Of a stretch of 32,000 nt of DNA, positions 27,440-32,000 are shown in pieces (position 1 is the stretch's first letter; each line of letters starts with the position of its first letter). The position numbers were made by a program, and so were the translations under genes. This stretch comes from Candidatus Saccharimonadota bacterium (GTDB lineage Bacteria; Pseudomonadota; Gammaproteobacteria; Johnevansiales; Johnevansiaceae). The DNA lies in assembly GCF_000300075.1 (NCBI RefSeq), contig NC_018677.1:240001-272000 (forward strand), in the 5' to 3' direction. The notes beneath the pieces were generated by a model. That model saw nothing but the letters and a program-made list of their open reading frames with translations. It was not told the origin of the DNA and made no database searches.

Positions 27440-28860
27440 TATAACTGTGTGTATATTTATTCTTCTTTATGTGGTTTATTATTATATAGTTTCTGATATT
27501 TGTGCTTTTTATGTTTTGATTTTATTTTATGATCTTTATCTCTTTTGTATTCTGTTTCTCCTCTCTTTGTATTATTTTATACAACATATACTATTTTTTA
27601 ACTTATTTATGTGTTATAGTTTATTCTTTTTGTGGTTTTTTGTTATCTGATATGTATTTAGTTACTTAATGTTGTACTAGTTGTTAAAAGATCATAGGTA
27701 AGTGTTACTTAAGTTACAAGATAAAAGATCATAGGTAATATTAAAATATATAAAAAAGAACATAATAGGTGTTGTGGTAAATATTTAAATGATTTATGTT
27801 GAATGGTTAATAGTTTGATGTTGGTGTTAAATATTAAAAAGTTTGTTTGTAAGGTTGATTTTTTTTGATGGTAGGTTTTTATATAAAAGAAGTTAAGAAG
27901 AGATAGTTTGTGTTAAATGGTTCTATTATAGATTGTGATATGTTATGTGTTTCAGTTTGTTTGTATTTACTGTATGTTATTAGTTGATAAATTCGTGTTA
28001 CCTGTTTAGTATATATATTATGTATTAGCTGTTTAGTAGTTATGTCTTGTGTGTTATGTGTTACTTTATAAGTTCTGTGTTATTTATGCTTTAAGATTTT
28101 GCTGTTATGCTTTGTTTAATTTAAATCTTTTTGTATTTTTATGATTAATGTTTGTTTTATGCTTTAAAAGTTGTGTGTTTGTTTTTTAGTGTTTATTTTG
28201 TAAATGTATTGTTTTTAAAAATATTTGTATTAGTCTTATGTTATGTTATGTTGTGTGTAGTGGTTGTAGTTAAGTAATTATGTTTTGTAGTTCTGTTTCA
28301 TGTGTGTTTAGTAGTTTTTTATTGTTAATGTTGTGTATTACTTATATTAGTTGTAATTTATAAAATTTATTGTGATATGTTTTGAGTAAATTGCTCTTAG
28401 GTTATGTGGTTTTGTAATACTAGTTATGGGTTGTAGTTTTGAGTTTATGTCTTGTTGTTTGTTAAAAAAAAAAGGGTGTATAACGATAAGTAAATTTTGT
28501 ATTAAAATTAAAAGTAAGTGTTTAGCTTATGCTATTATATGATTTTGAAATTGTAGTTATGTTTAATAATTAGTGTAAATTAGTTTTTGTTTGTTTTATA
28601 GAAAGTAGCTCTAATGCAAAATTTAAGTGTTTGTGGCTTAATTGTTATGCTGTATGAGAAAGTATAGCATTTACATAAATTAGTTGTGTTATAAAAGTAG
28701 GATGTATGTTATTAACGATAATGGGTTTATTTTTTAGAGGTTTATAATTTAATTATTTATATTTATTAAAGTTTGTTAAATTGTTGTATGTAGTAGAAAA
28801 GTAGCTAAAGTTTGTATGGAATTGGTAAAAAATTTACAGTTCAGTTCAGTTCAGTTAAAA
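27440..28860. other. T-rich, C-poor non-coding arm downstream of the tRNA-Ser pair.
   Basis: The first 200 nt or so are T-rich with both C and G. From about 27660 the arm is G+T-rich with very few C (GTTATG, TGTGTT and GCTTTAA words). It ends at a (CAGTT)4 microsatellite at 28837-28856. Confidence 0.8.
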
Positions 28861-28979
28861 AATAATAAGTTATAGAACACCACCATATATAAGCGTTAGG
28901 TTTTAAATTGTAAAAGTTTGTATTTACATATTAAGCTAATACGCCATATTTACAAAGGTTGTTGAAGGTATAGATCATT

Positions 28980-31130
28980 TATATTTAATAACGACAAATA
29001 CAAAACTCTATACTAAATAACCGTTATTTTAATTAAAGTGTATTCTACACAAAACTACATTTTATCAACAACAATATAATTTACACCTGATTCTTTGACC
29101 AGACAGACAATTAAGATCAACACTACAATCTCAGATAGCAATAAACCTCAAAAATACAATCTCAGCCAGCAAAAAACCTCAAACTTAAAACTCAATACAT
29201 ATATCTTTTTATTTTATCTCACATCAACATATAAGAAAATTTTTATCTCAAATAGTATATTTAATGGATATGTACAACAAATTTTTAAATTATACAGTTA
29301 ATTTTATATTCATATATAAAAAACTATTTCTTTATAATCATAAAAAGATATAAGTAAAACACAAACCTTTAACAGTTAATATCACATTTTACTACATCAC
29401 ACTTAACCTAAACTCATTCTTTACAACATTTTAACACATAACTCCTAATTATTTATTTTTTTAAAAAAACACACAATTAAAACATAAAAACTAATTTTTT
29501 ATCACTCTATCATACACCTTCCACCTTTCCTCTTTCACAACTCACAACAAAACATCTAACCAGTCATATATTACACCTTTCTTCTTTTGTCTTATAACCT
29601 TTTACATCTCCTTTCTCTTATCTACCTTTTACAACTCACCTAATATCCAATAACTACTAACAAGTAACAAGTAACAAAAACAAATCTCTAAAACCTGCTA
29701 CCCCCATTACTATCAACTACCTACAACTCACCTATTATCTTTAATACAACTCATCTAGTTTCTAAAATCAATTACTAACAAGTAACAACAACAAACCTCT
29801 TCTAACATCTATTCTCTAAAATCAATTACTAACCTCATCTAACAACAATTAACTCATCTATTCTCTAAATAACAACACATCCTTTTTTATAACTATTTTA
29901 AATTTTACAAAACTTATCTAACAACTTTTAAATCCTCTATAAATAATAACACATTTTCTTTATTTTCTTTTTCTATAACACATCTTTTAAGCAAACCTCT
30001 AATAAATAATTAATAACAAACAATCAACGCAACCATTAACAACTTATCCTCTAACCATTTACACAACTATCCTCTAATTAATAACAACTAATAAAAGCAA
30101 CCATTATCATCTTTTATATAACACTATTTTATCTAATTTAAGCTACTTCTAAACATTAACAACTTAACCTCTAACAAACTAACCTCTAATAACTAACAGA
30201 TAACCATTTTATTTATTACACCATCTAACATCTAACATCTAACCTAACACCTAACACCTCTAACAACTAACAAACAACAAACAACAAACTAACCTCTTTA
30301 ACATCTTTAAAGCAACCTCTAATAACTAAACCTCTTACCATCATCACATAACCTCTTAAAATACAAACTACAACCTTTATCTTCTACCAACATTCCTCTT
30401 TTTAACAAACATCCTACAAACTCCAACATCTAATCTCTTAAACCACCAACTATTCCCTTTTCTTCTTTTTTTTTACAACACTAATTATAATTATGTACAA
30501 CTTCTTTGTTATTAGTAAAATTTAACAACAATACAATTAAGAAACCATTATACAAAAAACAGTATTAATAGACAGAATACAACATCTAAAAAAAAAAATA
30601 ATACAAATATGTAAAAAAAAAATATCTAACAGATAAAAAAAAAGAACAACAAATATACAACCTCTAACAAAGCAACCTCAAATCAAAGAAATAAAGATCT
30701 AAAAAATATAAAAAAATACAACATATAATAAAAATATTTAAAACAAAAAATAAAGAGAATAACAATAATATAACAATTGAATAAAAAAAATAACAACATA
30801 ACAGATAATGTTAAAACACAAAAAGCAATAACGAAGAAAGCAAAACATAAAAAGAAAAAGTTTTAAAATAAAAAAAAAAAACAACAAGTATCTAAAAACA
30901 ACATAAAGAAACATTAAACAATAACGATTGTAGTTTAAGTAAAATAATAAAGAAAGAATATTATTCAAACAAAAAGTATTAACAAAACCAATAAATCAAA
31001 ACGAAACAAGAAATATAAATAAACACATTTTTAATAACTTGTACAACACATTTTAATAAATTACAAATATACATATCAGCAAACAGCTATAAAAAAAAAA
31101 CATATAAAACATAAAACACAATTTTAAAAA
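28980..31130. other. G-depleted non-coding arm upstream of lipA.
   Basis: Line 30181-30240 has G 1 / C 15 by hand count. Composition is C+T+A-rich at about 29500-29700 and A-rich after about 30500. Local direct repeats include ACAATCTCAG..AGCAA.AAACCTCAAA x2 at about 29125-29190, TCTAAAATCAATTACTAAC at about 29762 and about 29815, (CATCTAA)3 at about 30225-30245, and (CAAACAA)n at about 30270-30290. Confidence 0.85.
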
Positions 31131-31172
31131 GCATAAAAAATATAAATAAAAAAACAAAGACAAAAATAACAA

Positions 31173-31178
31173 GAGGTG
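31173..31178 (+). promoter_or_regulatory. Shine-Dalgarno GAGGTG for lipA.
   Basis: AAGAGGTGA at 31171-31179 lies 8-9 nt upstream of the ATG at 31188. Confidence 0.55.
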
Positions 31179-31187
31179 ATTTCCAGT

Positions 31188-32000
31188 ATGAGACATAAAC
31201 CTAGTTGGATAAAAATACGTGTTCCTCTATATAATGAAATTAATAATATAAAAAACAAAATAAGAAAAACATACTTACATACAGTTTGTGAAGAATCATC
31301 TTGCCCTAACATACTAAATTGTTTTAATGAAAAAATTGCAACCATTATGATCTTAGGAAATAAATGTACTAGAAAATGTCCTTTTTGTGATGTGTTGTAT
31401 GGAAAGACAATTAAGATAAACTATTATGAACCTTTTGATATAATTAAAATACTTATTAAGTTAAAAATAAACTATATAGTTATAACTTCAGTAAATCGCG
31501 ATGATTTAGAAGATGGAGGTGCTAACCACTTTTCAAAATGTATTGGTGCAATAAACCGTTTATATAAACATATAAAAATAGAAATTTTAATACCTGATTT
31601 TAGAGGTAAAAGTGATATTGCAATTAATATTTTAATTAAAAACAAACCTACTGTATTAAATCATAATATAGAGACTATACACAATTTATATTTGCAAGTA
31701 AAACCAGGTGCAACTTATGATATTTCACTTAATTTATTAAAACAAATAAAAAAATATTGTCCAAAAATAAAAACTAAATCAGGTTTAATGGTAGGAATTG
31801 GAGAAAACGATAAACAACTAATAAATGTTATTAAAGATATAAAAACAAATCAAGTAGATATTATAACTATAGGGCAATATATTGCACCATCGAATTTTCA
31901 CTTGCCAATTAAAAGATGGGTTCATCCAACAAGTTTTTATTTTTATGCAAAACTATGTTATATTTTAGGTTTTAATTATATTGCTTCAGGTCCGTTGATA
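31188..32000 (+). CDS. lipA: Lipoyl synthase. 271 codons are present; the 3' end lies beyond the window.
   Basis: I translated this by hand and found no stop through 32000. CEESSCPNILNCF (auxiliary cluster CX4CX5C), CTRKCPFC (radical-SAM CX3CX2C), ITSVNRDDLEDGGA, IPDFRG, NHNIETI, KSGLMVGIGE and TIGQY are colinear with E. coli LipA. It is not in the ORF track because it has no stop within the window. Confidence 0.9.
   Translation, partial: MRHKPSWIKIRVPLYNEINNIKNKIRKTYLHTVCEESSCPNILNCFNEKIATIMILGNKCTRKCPFCDVLYGKTIKINYYEPFDIIKILIKLKINYIVITSVNRDDLEDGGANHFSKCIGAINRLYKHIKIEILIPDFRGKSDIAINILIKNKPTVLNHNIETIHNLYLQVKPGATYDISLNLLKQIKKYCPKIKTKSGLMVGIGENDKQLINVIKDIKTNQVDIITIGQYIAPSNFHLPIKRWVHPTSFYFYAKLCYILGFNYIASGPLI

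Overview
This is extremely AT-rich bacterial DNA whose gene content and decay pattern fit a reduced, host-restricted gammaproteobacterial-type endosymbiont. Standard code 11 applies: TGG encodes Trp and aroE ends in TGA. I recognise 13 apparently intact housekeeping CDS: gltP (5' fragment), metF, zwf, glk, def, aroE, glnS, cysS, cls, mgtE, aspS, a degenerate pal-like gene, and lipA (3'-truncated by the window edge). There are five tRNAs (Pro-UGG, Arg-UCU, His-GUG, Ser-UGA, Ser-CGA) and three clear pseudogenes: a galP/araE-like MFS sugar transporter, clpP and clpX. By my boundaries only about 13 kb is intact CDS. The striking feature is the non-coding DNA. Most gene junctions are tiny, from -23 to +100 nt, and include overlapping stop codons. 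Six junctions, however, have expanded to 1.3-3.8 kb, about 14 kb in total. These spacers are not ordinary AT-rich junk. Each is built from kilobase arms that almost lack C on the + strand (G+T/G+A-rich) or almost lack G (A+C-rich). Where both arm types occur in one spacer, the C-poor arm always comes first. The arms are full of microsatellites, 34-36 bp tandem repeats and short motif families such as ATCTGTTAG, TTAGAGGTT and CTCTAATAACTAACAG. Motif orientation is locked to the arm polarity, including exact 18-22 nt inverted matches between the two arms of one spacer. I saw no CRISPR array, transposase, integrase, rRNA or convincing intrinsic terminator. All product calls rest on my recollection of E. 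coli orthologues and motifs, since no database search was possible.
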